The notes beneath the pieces were generated by a model. That model saw nothing but the letters and a program-made list of their open reading frames with translations. It was not told the origin of the DNA and ran no database searches. Of a stretch of DNA of 64,000 nucleotides, positions 12,701 through 25,441 are shown in pieces. The DNA is from Kondoa subrosea (Eukaryota): the NCBI GenBank assembly GCA_039545335.1, contig BCIN01000001.1, forward strand, positions 186,001 through 250,000. Reading direction: 5' to 3'. Positions within the stretch are counted from its first letter, which is position 1, and each line of letters opens with the position of its first letter. The translations under genes and the position numbers were made by a program.

Positions 12701-13825
12701 CGGTTATACTTACTCAAACGGGCAATGTGTCAATACCAACACGGATATCAACAATTGCGGTACACCTGGCAGACAATGTCCATCTAGTCCTGGAGGAACA
12801 GCGAAATGCAACAATGGACAGTGTACTTTAGTTTGCGGTACTGGTTCTTCTCTCAGCAACGATGGAACTTCTTGCATTGCTACTGATTCTGATCCGCTAA
12901 ACTGGTATGTTTCGTTATAGCTGAACACAAATTGTCAGCTGATGTATGCTTTGCAGCGGTGGTGTCGGGAAACAATGCCCAGCTCCTGCTTTCTCAAATG
13001 CTAAATGCAAGAATTCTCAATGCGGATATGACTGCTATTCTGGTTATAGCGATGACGGGACTAAGTGCATTCGAACGAGCGACGATCCCAATAACTGGTA
13101 AGTCGTTATCTTGTTAGCTTGCAGTGCCAATCCTGATTTTTTTTTCCCTAGCGGTGCTGTCAAGAATGTCTGCCCTACTCCTAGCAATGGCAAAGCTATC
13201 TGTACCGGCGGTTCTTGCGATATTTCCTGCACTGCCCCTTACAAACCTACCAATGGCAAATGTCTCTTGAATGCTTCTGCTGCACCAAAGAAGAGGAAAC
13301 GTTCCAAAGATGTTTCACTCTGCCCTGCCGGAGAAACGTGAGAGCTTCACATCATCTCCTCTCAACAATAGCTGATAGAAAGTTCTAGTGCATGCCCTAT
13401 CGCTGGCGCTGCATCTTTCGCTTTCTCGGCACAACATGATGTTACACACCTGCACACTACCGATCTCATCAAGGGATCAGATGGTTATGAATGTTTGGAT
13501 GTGCAAATCTCTTTGGACTCTTGCGGACGATGCGGAAATGATTGTTCGAAAATAGCCAATACACTGGGTGTAGGCGTGAGTTTCTCCTCCCATTTCTTTG
13601 CCACATCAAGTACTGATGATTGCTCCTCAGTGCACTGAAGGTTCATGCGTTATCTTCAGCTGTCAGCCGGGCTACGAAGTATCTTCGGATGGTCTTTCTT
13701 GTCTGGCATCATTGGGAGGCAATTCTACTTCCGCCTCAAGGCAACGCAAGCGTAAATCAGGCCACGCACATCACAAGAAGTCGTCGCACGGACACAAGCT
13801 TTCAGCTCACTCGCATTCGCATTGA
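9720..13825 (+). CDS. Large secreted cysteine-rich protein: ~18 tandem D-x-x-N-C-G repeats (STIG1-like) plus C-terminal PriA/CPL1-like domain
   Basis: Signal peptide MKSNQLLLATSLGLLSLVSA; ~46-48 aa repeats CxxTxxDxxNCG..C..PxNG..C.NG.C...C..GY; KKRKR linker; CPAGETACPI..GYECLD..LDSCG.CG.DC..C.EG.C.I.SC.PGY; His-rich tail; about 15 GT-AG introns. Confidence 0.85.
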
Positions 13826-14041
13826 TGAGAAGTGGTAATAGGGTAGAAGGGTTCTACATTTTCCAGTTGTTCTAATGTGCATTATAAATTATTCGTTCTT
13901 GCACATGCTTTGCTTTTTGCTTTGGCCATGACCCTGCTGTGACATGTATTGAACACTTGATGGAATTCGCACTTCACTTTTTTCTGAACACGTCCATATA
14001 CCACTGGTCTGAATCTGGCTGTTTGACTTATACCATCACAA

Positions 14042-16097
14042 ATGTCACAAGGACTACCAGCATTCGTCGTTAATGCGTCAGGAGATAAAAGGGAGAGCGG
14101 GAGAAAGGCACAAATTAGGTGTGCATCCAAGCAACTTTCGCAATTGCAAAGCAGGCTCATAAGAGTCTCTGGCTATAGCAATATTCAAGCTGCTAAGACT
14201 GTAGCTGACGTGATTAGAACATGTCTTGGTCCTCGCGGTGCGCTTCAAAGCTGATTGTCACTTCTGCTTTGCGCATTGCTTATGCCTTTGTGTGGATTGG
14301 CAGCTATGATGAAGATGATTTTGGATCCAATGGGAGGCATCTTGTCAGTCTATTAGGAGAAGGTAATGACAGACATGCTGATAATCTGAGTAATTAGGCT
14401 CACAAACGATGGACATGCGATTCTTCGTGAAATCGAAGTAGCTCATCCAGCTGCGAAAAGTATGCTGGAACTCAGTCGGACGCAAGATGAAGAATGTGGA
14501 GACGGTACTACCTCAGTCATTATCCTAGGTATGTCATTTCGAAATTTCATGCATACAAAAGCTCAAGAGCTCATGTCCTGTTTGAGCTGGCGAAATCCTT
14601 GCTCAAGCTTTACCTGATTTGGAACGCAACATTCATCCTGTTGTCATTATTAGAGCTTTCAAAAAAGCACTCGTAGAAGCCCTCAACATTATCGATCAAA
14701 TATCTGTACCTGTCAACCCAGACAACGAAGAAGAAATGCTTGAACTTATCAAAGGCTCTATTGGAACCAAGTTCGTTAATCGCTGGTCTGATCTTATGTG
14801 TCGCTTGGCACTAAAAGCTATTCGGACCGTTTCTCAAGAAGAAAATGGAAGGAAAGAAGTTGATGTGAAACGTTATGCGAGGGTCGAGAAAGTACCTGGA
14901 GGTGAAATTGAGGATTCTCAAGTTTTAGATGGCATCATGGTCAACAAAGATGTAACGCATCCTGGAATGAGAAGGAGAATCGAAAACCCTAGAATCATCT
15001 TACTCGATTGCCCGCTGGAATATAAAAAGGGAGAATCGCAAACGGCTATCGAAATCACCAAAGAACAGGATTGGAACAGGGTGCTTGAAATTGAAGAAGA
15101 ACAAATCAAGACGATGTGTGACAAGATTATAGAGTTCAAGCCTGATCTGGTATTCACAGAAAAGGGTGTATCAGGTCAGCATTGGCTTTGGCTGCATCAG
15201 GATTGCGCTAATACTAATCTGTATCAGACCTGGCTCAACATCATCTTCTCAAAGCAAACATCACCGCTCTTCGTCGAGTCAGGAAGTCAGACAACAATCG
15301 TATCGCACGAGCAGTAGGAGCAACCATTGTCAATCGAATTGAAGATCTGCGCGCTTCAGATGTAGGAACCGAATGCGGTCTTTTCGAAATCAACAAATTA
15401 GGCGACGAATATTTCACTTACCTCACTAAATGCAAATCACCAAAAGCTTGCACTATCCTCTTACGCGGTCCTTCAAAAGATATCCTCAATGAAATAGATA
15501 GGAATTTAGCTGATGCAATGGGTGTTGCAAGGAATGTGGTTTTCGATCCTAGATTAGCTCCTGGTGGTGGTGCGACTGAGATGGCTATCTCTGTTGGTTT
15601 GGCAAAAAGAGCGAAAAGCATTGAAGGAGTTGAAGGATGGCCTTTCAAAGCTGTCGCCGAAGCTATGGAAGTTATCCCTAGGACATTGATTCAAAATGCT
15701 GGTGGGAATGCTATGAGAGTATTGACTCAACTGAGGGTGAGCTCTTTCCCGCTTTGACCACAGGTCACTGGCTAATATCGACTTTCTAGGCAAAACATGC
15801 TGCTGGACAAAACGACTTTGGAGTAGATGGCAACACAGGCAAAGTTGTATCAATGAAGGAGTACGGTCTTATGGAATCAGCTGCTGTCAAGGTACAAATC
15901 ATCAAAACTGCGATTGAATCTGCTTGTTTGATACTGAGAGATAAGTCTTTGACTCTTTTGCTGGATGACACTACAGCTGACGTATAAATTCACTGGATGA
16001 TATAGTTAGTTCTCGCAGAAAGCAAGGTGGAGGGCAGGGACCTTCACCGTTGGGCAACGAGCCTGGAGATATGGGCGATCAGCAAATGGAGCAATAA
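14042..16097 (+). CDS. CCT3: T-complex protein 1 subunit gamma (CCT/TRiC chaperonin)
   Basis: [106 protein letters not shown]. Confidence 0.98.
15941..15993 (+). other. Putative AT-AC intron (53 nt) in CCT3 with U2-like signals
   Basis: Removing ATAAGT...GCTGAC...TTCAC restores the conserved L-R-V-D-D-I-V-S. I found no GT-AG or GC-AG combination that does so. Confidence 0.8.
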
Positions 16098-16323
16098 TTC
16101 GATTTGCATTGCATTCCTAAGTGATGGGCAATCGACGCAGTGCGCTCAGCAAGGACAACCAAATGAGTGTTACATTTCCCTTTGAAACCCCGAGAGAGCG
16201 TAGCTATTTTACAAATATGAAAGAAGACCCTGACTTTGAAGTAAGACTACAAGTATCCCTGTCTGCATATACAGTGCGCGATTCGACAAGACTACAGCCC
16301 TGTAGATCGCTTGCAAACTCTTC

Positions 16324-17733
16324 CTAAAAGAAGAAGGCGAAGGCGCTGGCAAGAACAGCAGCGCCAGGCAAAAGAGTAGCTGCCGAAGAAGTGGTAACTC
16401 CGGCAACGTTGCTTTCAGCTTGTGGAGTGGCTTGTGCAGCAGCGCCAGTCAAAGATTGGGGCGCGACGAACTGGGTCACGAAACCATCAGAGGCAGTTGC
16501 AAAGCCAGATTGTTTGACAGCATTGACTTGAGTTGGTCCATCTTGAGAGCAGAATTGTAGAGCTTCGAGATCAGATGCCTTGATGTTCTTGCTGCAAGGA
16601 TCAGTCTGTTGCAACAAAGAGTCAATCAATGTCTCTCGGTTTAGATCGATAGAGGTACACCCAAACAGTCGTCCAGCAAAGAGCAAGCGTAGAGTTGAGC
16701 GCGCTTAGCCATACGACCGCCTTTGGTCTGGCACAAATAGGATATGAGCATTTGCTAGAAGACAATAAAAAAGTTGCTCACCAAAGGTGACCAACCCATA
16801 GAGGTCAACTGAGAACCACATGTTTTGGCAACGCACTGTGAAGTAGGATCGCTTCCGAGAGCTGAAGAGGTGTCGTCGGCAGCATTGACTTGGGTAGCAG
16901 TAGCGGTGCAGAATTGCAGAGAAGTAAGATCGCTCTCCTTCACGTCTTTGCCGCAAGGATCGGAAGCCAACTACGAGTAGTGCATAAGTACGCATTCAGA
17001 AGGAAAAACAGGCAAGCTCACACAATCGGTGTAAGCATCACACGAAGCTAATGCAGCTCTCTTGCGACCACCTTTCGTCTACAGCCACAATCTCTCAGAA
17101 GATTAAATAAACAGAGTAATCAGAACTCACGAGAGGAGACCACCTGTTGACAGAATTCGTTCAGTGTTCGGTCACAGGCAATTTCAATTTGAACATACCC
17201 GTTGGCAGTCAGTTCCTGACCACAAGCTTTACCCATACAGACAGAGACGGCTGAGATAACATCAGCAAGGGATTGCTCTCTCCGACAGAGTGCTCACGAT
17301 CAGTACCCAAAGTAGCGGATGCTGCATCGGATGCAGCATTCTTCTGAACAGCGCCAGCAGTGCAGAAGCCCAAAGAGACCATGTCAGCCTCTTTGACATC
17401 GGCACCACAAGGATCGGAAGCCAGCTGAGTTGGATGCGTTAAGCCATCACATCAAACATCTGTGATTTGACTGACACAACCGGTGTAGGCATCGCAGGAG
17501 GCTAGAGCAGCTCGCTTGCGGCCTCCCTTGGTCAAAGTAGACCACCTGCGAACAGAGTGTCAACTATAGTAACGAAATCGCACAGAATATGCCTACCCAT
17601 TAGCAGTCAATTCGCGACCACAGGCTTTGACCAAGCAAGTAGAGACTGGATCAGTTCCTAGAGTTGGAGCATCTTGAGCGGTCACGAGAGCAGCAGCAAT
17701 GCTGACGAAAGCGAATAGCGTTTTGTTGAACAT
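16324..17733 (-). CDS. Secreted, probably GPI-anchored protein with three ~85-aa six-cysteine repeats
   Basis: Signal peptide MFNKTLFAFVSIAAALVTA; three copies of LG(T/S)DP.S.C..K.CG..LT..GWS.LTKGGR..KRA.L..C.....CL..DPC....K..D...L.FC; Ala/Thr-rich stalk; hydrophobic end AAVLASAFAFFF. Confidence 0.8.
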
Positions 17734-18395
17734 GGTTGAAAGTGGGAAGAGGATACGATAGGTAGTGAAGAAGAAGAGAGGGAGAATTACAGAGCTAGCT
17801 TTTTGTGCTTGGTGTGTATAGAAGAAGCTTGTGAGGCTAGACAGAAGGCACACGCTTTTGACAATAACTGGCTGTGACAATCAAAGGATCGCCAGCTGTC
17901 CACATCTGCTGGCTCACGGCATTACGACAGTGAGCAGAATCCAGGCAGAATAAGAACTCCATACAGAAGGATTACGTTGAGTCATCAAAGGGAGAAGAAA
18001 GCATCTCATCGTGAAGTGATAACAGCATGTTCACACGAGCTTTCATGCAATGTGACTCTTAGTACAGCGTTAAAAAGGAGAAGACAGGCGACTACCAGAG
18101 AATGAGGGAGCAAAGCAAACCAGCGCAAATTCGTCGAACCGCGGCATGCAGTGATTCGATCCGCTGCCGCAACGTAGCTAAGACAGTTCAGAGCACAACA
18201 AACAAGAGAGAACGGCACTGCAGCCATGCCATCTGTAGCTGAAGCACCATTTTGACATTTGTGTCTGGGCGAGAAAGACAGTACCGGATTCAACTCGTCA
18301 TGATCAAGACAGAGCTTGATCAGGTGAGTATCACTACGTGACTCTTAGTACTGCATTGCTATATACATCAAAGTCCATATCAATCCACTCGAGTC

Positions 18396-20362
18396 TCAGA
18401 CAAGCCATGCAGTGATACCAACTCCCAGAGCAACAAGCATCTTCAATGCACTCGAAGCCTGCGAAGCATCGCTGGTCCCATTGTTGACAGTATAGGCCAT
18501 GCTGTTGTTGGCTGCAGCAAGATACGGTGCAATGACAGCTGCCCAACCGATATCGGAGGAGAAAGGAACAGCGTCGACAGAACAGACAGTGTCTTTAGAG
18601 GGCAGAGTTCCGTTGATGAAGTAGGCACGAATAGCGTCGACAGTACAACGAGAGGCTTGATTGCTTGCAGAGTGCTACAAGGTCGTCAGCTGAAGTCTCG
18701 AGTCAGCTTTGTCCTTGAACTCACTCCATAGCCATCTTGGATCAATACAACACTTCCTTCCAAACCAGCTGAAGTATTCCGAGCAGATATCAGAGGTGTT
18801 ATAGGATCGTGAGTGTTTCCGATTACTGATTGGTCCATCAGCACGTCTGGATTGAAATGACCTGAAGAAATTACATACGGAGAACGGGATTCTTAGTCTT
18901 TACGCTGAAATTGCCGCTATACTGCTCTTTAGCATCCATCCTCCATTGAGCGCAAGCCAACACTAGATCGGTATCGATATCTCCGCCGATCCTACTTGAC
19001 TTGAATCGAGCATCCAGTACTGGTAGTATGTTGATTTCTTCTGAGACGCGCACTCTTGAATCACTGCACTGAATTCCTTTGAGCGCATCAGTTGCGGAAG
19101 GAGGAGCAGAAAGAAGTGGAGCAGCGAATTGAATTATAGGTGCTTCATCACCAGTCAAGAGACCGTTGATGACGCCTGCTAGCTGTGGCCAGGAAGCAGG
19201 AGTATACATGTTTTGGAAGACAAGAGGTTTGACTAGATTGTAGGTGAGGGAATAGTTGCCAATGCCGGGGATGTTGAGAGGTATAGGAGCTAGCTTGAGT
19301 CCTTCTATATAGGAATAGATGGTCTCTTCCAATTGAGCAGCTGTTCGATTGGTTGCCAAACTTCCGCACTTGTCTGGGTTCTCGATGCATTGAGTACAGA
19401 AACCAGTAAAGACAGAATCAGCATCAGTGAAGAGTTGAGTTTCCCTGTGAAATGTTTGAGACATCATTATTTTACCGAAGATTCGATGCTCACCGGTTCA
19501 GCATATACTCATGAGGATTCACAACACCATCCAGAAGCATTCTGTCAATCCTGTCGGGAAACATCGAAGCAACAGTAGCTCCAAGCAGTGTTCCATATGA
19601 GACACCTGCCAAATCTTGCTGTCAGCTAGATTAATGTATAATTGAAATAGATTTACCCCAATATCTGAGCAGGCCGTCTTCCTGCAAGGCATCCACAATT
19701 TGCATCAGATCCCGGGCAACGAAAGCCGTGCCAATAAGAGATCCAGTTTGATTTTCGTGAGCGTAACAATCATCGGCAAACACTTTTTGACTTTTCCAGA
19801 TCTCATCCACTGCCGTGCTTGATGCATTGCCAGTAGTCAATGTCGTGAGGATAGAATTACTTGGTTGAGTTCCGTTGCCGTAGCAAACAAAGGGCAAAGT
19901 GTACCCCGTTCCTCTAGTAAAATCAGGTCAATATGAATAGCTGCAACAAGAAAGGTATTACCGAGGTACAAGACTGATTAGGTCATATTGAAAGCCAGTA
20001 AGACTGTAATGTACGTCAGTATGGTGACGCAAGCTGTTGGAAGTAAATACTCACGCTCCCTGGATTTCATAATCTGTTTGGAAAGGCTGTATACCGTCTT
20101 CTCCAGGTCCACCGTAATTCAGTAGGATGGAACCTCGACTGGTGCCTTTAGCTTTTGCGCGCACCAGTTCCAACTCGAGTGTTGCATTCGATGTGGGTGA
20201 TGTATAATCAAGAGGAACGGTCAAGCTTCCGCAATCGAGAGCGGAAGAGGTATTGAAGGGACATGTGCCCCACTTAATACGAGGTCTAGCTTGATGCGTA
20301 GTAGGAGCAGCAAGACTGAGTATACCGAAAGAAAGCAAACTGAGCAGACGGAGTGAAATCAT
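18396..20362 (-). CDS. Secreted alpha/beta hydrolase, tripeptidyl aminopeptidase (TAP)-like, peptidase S33; possible GPI tail
   Basis: Signal peptide; CGSLTVPLDY, NYGGPG, GTAFVARDL, nucleophile motif GVSYGT, GNTHDPITPL, DGYG/HS; hydrophobic C-terminus LVALGVGITAWLV. Confidence 0.9.
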
Positions 20363-20780
20363 AGCTGGTTTGAGGAGAGAAGGAGAAAGAAGAGAACGGG
20401 AGAATGCCTCGATACACAGGCATCGCGGGCACTGCTGGCCGAATTACCGAAGAAGGTAGCATAATGATCCGATGACCGCAAGCCAGAAATACATCAGAAG
20501 AGGGAAGGCGAAGATAAAGAGTGCCGAACACAGAGCTAATAACAGAAAGTGAGTGAAACCAGTAGGGTGCGCGAATGCTTTGTATGGCGCATTTCTTCGC
20601 CTTGATGTCGACTGTTGTTCGTGTTCGAGCAGACCCAGCATCCGAAATATCCTTCTGCTTGTTCCACTAAGATTTGTGTGCATTTAGAGCCACACAGTGA
20701 TCCTGATCTGGTATCTGTTTGAGGATAAGAGTCGCATTCACATTCTGTCTTGCTTCTCTCTCTCTCCGTCTTGAACAAGT

Positions 20781-21798
20781 ATGAGCAGTCCTAAAGTGAT
20801 CATCCATCATCTCGAAAACTCTCGGTCGCTGCGAATCGTCTGGCTATGTGAGGAGCTGGGGTTGCCATTTGAAGTGAGCCTCGAAACGATGTGAATGAAG
20901 TCGGGCTCAGACTCTCATATAGATCAAAGAGTACAAACGTAACTCTGGTACGAGATCTCATTATGTAGCCATCGATTTCAGGCTGACCTTTCAATCTAGA
21001 AACACTCTTAGCACCGAAGGAATTGACTCGCATAGTCAGTTTTTTGCTTGACACTGAAGTCAAATAGTGCCTTATGCCATTATAGCACCCTTTGGGCAAA
21101 AGTCCTGTCATTACAGTCGAAGAAAATGGCAAGACCGTCACTTTGGCTGAAAGTGGTGCTATCGTAGAATTCTTGACTCGCCGGTATGGCAAGAATACTC
21201 AACTTGGTCCTGATACTGCAGATTTGGAAGAGGAAGCACAATGGCTCTAGTGGGTTCATTCGCTGTATAAAGAGATCGTGGTCTGATTATATTCGCCAAA
21301 GCTTCTTGCATTATTCGGAAGGAAGTTTGATGCTTCCTCTAATACTGAAGATGATCTTCACCATCATTCCGGCTCGCATGCCATTCTTTTTGAAACCTAT
21401 CGCTTGGTTGATCTTTGGTGGAATCATGAGCAAGCTTGTTGACCCTATGCTGAAGATGCACACACAATTCATTGAAGAATCTCTCAAGAAGTCAGAGAAT
21501 GGATTCTTTGTGGGCAACAGATTCACTGCTGCAGATATCATTATGTAAGCTTTTCTGTCATTTGCAGTAGGGCGCGTGATTGATCTGTGACTGCGCGCTG
21601 AAAAGGTCATATCCTGTATCAGCATTACCAGATAGAGACAAATACCCTGCTATAGCTGCCTACTGGAAGAAACTATCAGCTATGCCTTCGTACGAACGGG
21701 CTGTTGCTAAAGGTGGAGAGTAAGCTCTTCTTCTTCTCGCGCTCTACCTCCCTCTAAGTATACCTTCCAGTGTCGACTTCTCAGTCTTCTCCAAGTGA
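20781..21798 (+). CDS. GTT1: Glutathione S-transferase (GTT1-like)
   Basis: MSSPKVIIHHLENSRSLRIVWLCEELG, HPLGKSPVI, LAESGAIVEFL, LHYSEGSLMLPL, FVGNRFTAADIIM/SYP. Confidence 0.92.
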
Positions 21799-21966
21799 TG
21801 GAACCAATGTATGAAGTTTCAGGTTGTCATAGTGTGCAGAACCAAAAAGAATTTGATGGAAAGCTTTGAGGTGTATGCATTCGTATGCTATGGACAACCG
21901 TGTACCGAATTAGTAGCTTCTTCTTCCTTGGTGGAAGGCTGTCTTGTCAAGCGACCGTCTTTTCGC

Positions 21967-24900
21967 ATGAGCGATTTGGAACAGCTTCGAGAGCTGACAA
22001 CACAGCTCAAGACGGCACTATCCGGCCGTATAGCTAGCCTGCAAGAGCTGTGCAGCCTCTTACTTCCACCTTTACAATTTCTGGAATTACATTCTGGCCA
22101 AATATCAAGTCCTTGGGCTGGTCTACCGAGGGAACTTAGATCAGTCTTTGTACAGCGATACCTGCCAAGTATTCAAGTACTGCTGCTACAGACTATCTAT
22201 CTGGATTGGCACGAGCAACTTCAAGCAGAAGACCTCTTCCAGCAAGTTTATGAGCAATGGTTCTGTCCTTCTTTAGATAGCAAGGCATCGTCAGACATAC
22301 AAGCTTTGGTAGCTTTGTCTGGATATGCAACTATTCTGAGTGTACTGTCGCCAAAAACCCATGCGCTGGTCAACTCCTCCAACAATCTGCACACTTCTAC
22401 GTTCGCTACTAGTTGTAACCTTCTCTCTTCACTCTCTTCAACGTACTCTTTGGGTCTACTGTACCCTACTCTCTTCTCTACAGAAACAACGCTCAAGAAT
22501 CGGTCAACCTGGACAGAAACTGTACAGCTACTCTTCTCTGTACCTACCAAAGTCGCCAACGCTCAATCAAAATTGTCAAATGTCTCTATTGCAGAGAACC
22601 TGCAATGGTCATCATATATGGCTAATTTAGCAGAAAATTTCGATTCGCTTTTGGCCAATCCTACCGATATAGATGTTCCGGCAATTACAGAAGTGTTGAG
22701 CAAGTTCGCTCGAGTTGGTTTCCTAACCAACCATCGACTTCCCGGTTCTAAGAATACTTCTTTCTGGCATGTGGTCTTACCTCGACTTTGGCCTCGTCTG
22801 GAAAAGATGGAAGAAACAATATGGCTGAAAGCAATGCAAGATCTTCCTCAAACTGATCTAGCTTCTTATGCAAACAGTCTCTGTCAACATATCTCGTCGA
22901 ATGATAGCATAATGCCATTTGACATTCTACCCTGTTCGACCCAAAGGGAAGATTCGCAGCGTATCAAGAGTGTTGCGATCTTAATGTACCAGCTTTTTGG
23001 TCCGGTTGTGCGAGGTGTCGAGGGCGAAAGTGCGAGGACGGTAGTGAGAAGATGTTTCCTGCAAAAAGAGGGTTGGCAGCTCGTGTGGGCTAGAGTTATA
23101 GTTTGCTGGGCGTCTTTGAGTCCGGGAAAATCAGACAACGAGAAAGGTATATCTACTACTGACAGCAGCCTGCAAAGCTAAACTCTTCAGCAGGTCTTGC
23201 ATGGCTACTGGATGAAGTCTTGCAAGTTTGGTCGACTGCCCGAGTGATAGAGCATTCGCCTGTGCTATTCCATTCTTATCTCACTGCCATGTTCTTGCTC
23301 GCTGTTCGAAATCTGCCTCAATCTCATCCAGCAGTTGTATCCACTTCAACCAAACCTTCTTTCCTTCAAGCTATCCAGACACACCTCCCATGTCTTCGCG
23401 CTCCAGTTCGCTTAATGGGAATGCTTGCTGCCGAAATTGTCTCTCAACGTTCTTTGTCTGCCGATTCGACAATCACACCCCTTGATTTTGGAAAAGAAAT
23501 ATGGACTGGTGAAGGGCAAGCGCAACAAGATTGTCTCGCTCTTCGAAATCTACTGGCACATACACTTGACAAAGACGTGGATAGCGCTAAATTGAGAGAT
23601 CTCTGCCCGCCTATACCTTCTCCAGCCAAGACTATTGTCTCTGTCCAACAGCTCCAAAATTTCGCAGACAAGCCAAAGAAAGTCAAGAAAGTCAACAGCA
23701 AGCCTGTTTCCAAGATACAAATCATTGATTCTTCTACACTCTCTGAATCGGAAGATGATCTTCAAGCGTATGCTATGCCCCAAGAGGAGGAAGAAGAATC
23801 CGATGCCGATCTTGACGATCCAAGTAATTTCACACCTGGAAAGAAGAAAGTGCAACCACCTGTCTACATAGCTGATCTTTCCACTCTATTGCGCTCGACG
23901 GAAGATGCCGAGAAGCTGGAAGTGGGCTTACGAGAAGCTGCGCTTTTGATAAGGAAGAAGACCGGTTGGGGTCTAGAATTAGGTGAATAATCCCTATAAC
24001 TACTGACAGAGGTCGATTCCTGAGATAAAGCGTGACAGAGGAACATGCTGTGGATCTTGCTTTTGCTCTGCTTGGCTTACAAGATAATTTCGATCTGACT
24101 GATTTTGATCAGCGCAAGCAAAACGCTCTCGTTGCGTTGCTCGTTGGCTGTCCAGAGAAAGTAGCTCCGTAAGCTTTAATTCTGGCATCGCAATATCTAT
24201 AGCTGACTAATTTTTGCTAGCGCGTTAATTGAGCAATTCTTCCTGCATCAGTACTCGATAGCTCAACGCATGGCAGTACTTGCAGCACTAGCTCTGTCTA
24301 CCAGAGAACTTGCCGGTCTCCCTTCGCCAGCCATAGCAAACAACATCAAAGCTGTTGCCTTCCCTAGCAAAACTCTGCCTGACAATCTTCATCGGAAAAT
24401 GATTGGCACTCAGCAAGATACGTCCGATCAGAGGTCTAGTCTTTCAATATCTACCATTGATACCTTAAACAATGTATTGGCGGACACAAGCATTGCAGAT
24501 ACTCGATCAGAAACGACAGAACGGTTACCAGCTGCTTCACGAGAGAAGCTTCTGACAGTAGGCAGGCACCTTCGCCAACCAAGTCAGAAGCCCTCGAAGC
24601 CGAATGCGACTGTTCCTCGCTTTGCTTTGATAGCAAGCGAATGCTTCTTGATGCCTCTGATCAATCGAATGTGGCTTTACTTGCGGGATGCCTCACAACA
24701 AACATTCACTGCTGGAGCTGACGGAGTCGTGCTCTCGTCTATGACTCTCGCGCGCTTCTACTCTTGCTTGACTGTCATGTTGGACGCATCAAGACATTCG
24801 CCGCATTTTCTGGCAGTTCTCGTTCCCGAAAGCTTGGAGCTATGTTTAGGCATGAGAGGTGTTTCAGAAGAGGAAGAAGTCGTTGCTGGTCAGCTGCAAG

Positions 24901-25097
24901 TGATTCTGACAGGATTGAATGCAAGTGTACAGTTGGATGGTGGAAGAACGCTTCGACTTGATTTCAGAGAACTGGTATGGAAAGTCAAGGACTACGCTGA
25001 GTCAATATGGAATGGATCGGGAGCGCAGCCAGAGGCAGGAAGCACTCGTTTTGCAGCAGGAGTACTTCTTCGAGCTGATGAAATACTTTGCAATTGA
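21967..25097 (+). CDS. TEL2: Telomere length regulation protein Tel2 (TTT complex)
   Basis: VRLMGMLAAEIVS, an acidic SEDDLQAY segment, PPVYIADL, LIRKKTGWGLEL/EEHAVDL, YSIAQRMAVLAALAL..RELAG, FPSKTLP. Confidence 0.92.
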
Positions 25098-25441
25098 TGT
25101 CTCGTGTACATTTCTACTACTGGCCAATACTGCGGCTCTCATGCATCTATCTACCGTAGAGGCTGAGCTGATTACCTAGGCTACAGTCTGAGGGACTTCG
25201 ACAAGGTACCAGTTCCAACTTTGACTCAGGAAGCTTGTGAAAGCACCGCCATGCAGAACAGCCCTCGCATGCATCGCTTCTTGCTCTTCGATCTGGACCA
25301 TCCTAAAGCAGGCACACTACTTATAGCTCGAAGTTTGCCAACTTCGCCTATTACCAAACGCGTAATTTAGCAAGCCACTTTTTTGTTCACCTTCAATACA
25401 TCTACCCGTTGCTCCTTGTTCTACACCCACACAAGTCAGAT

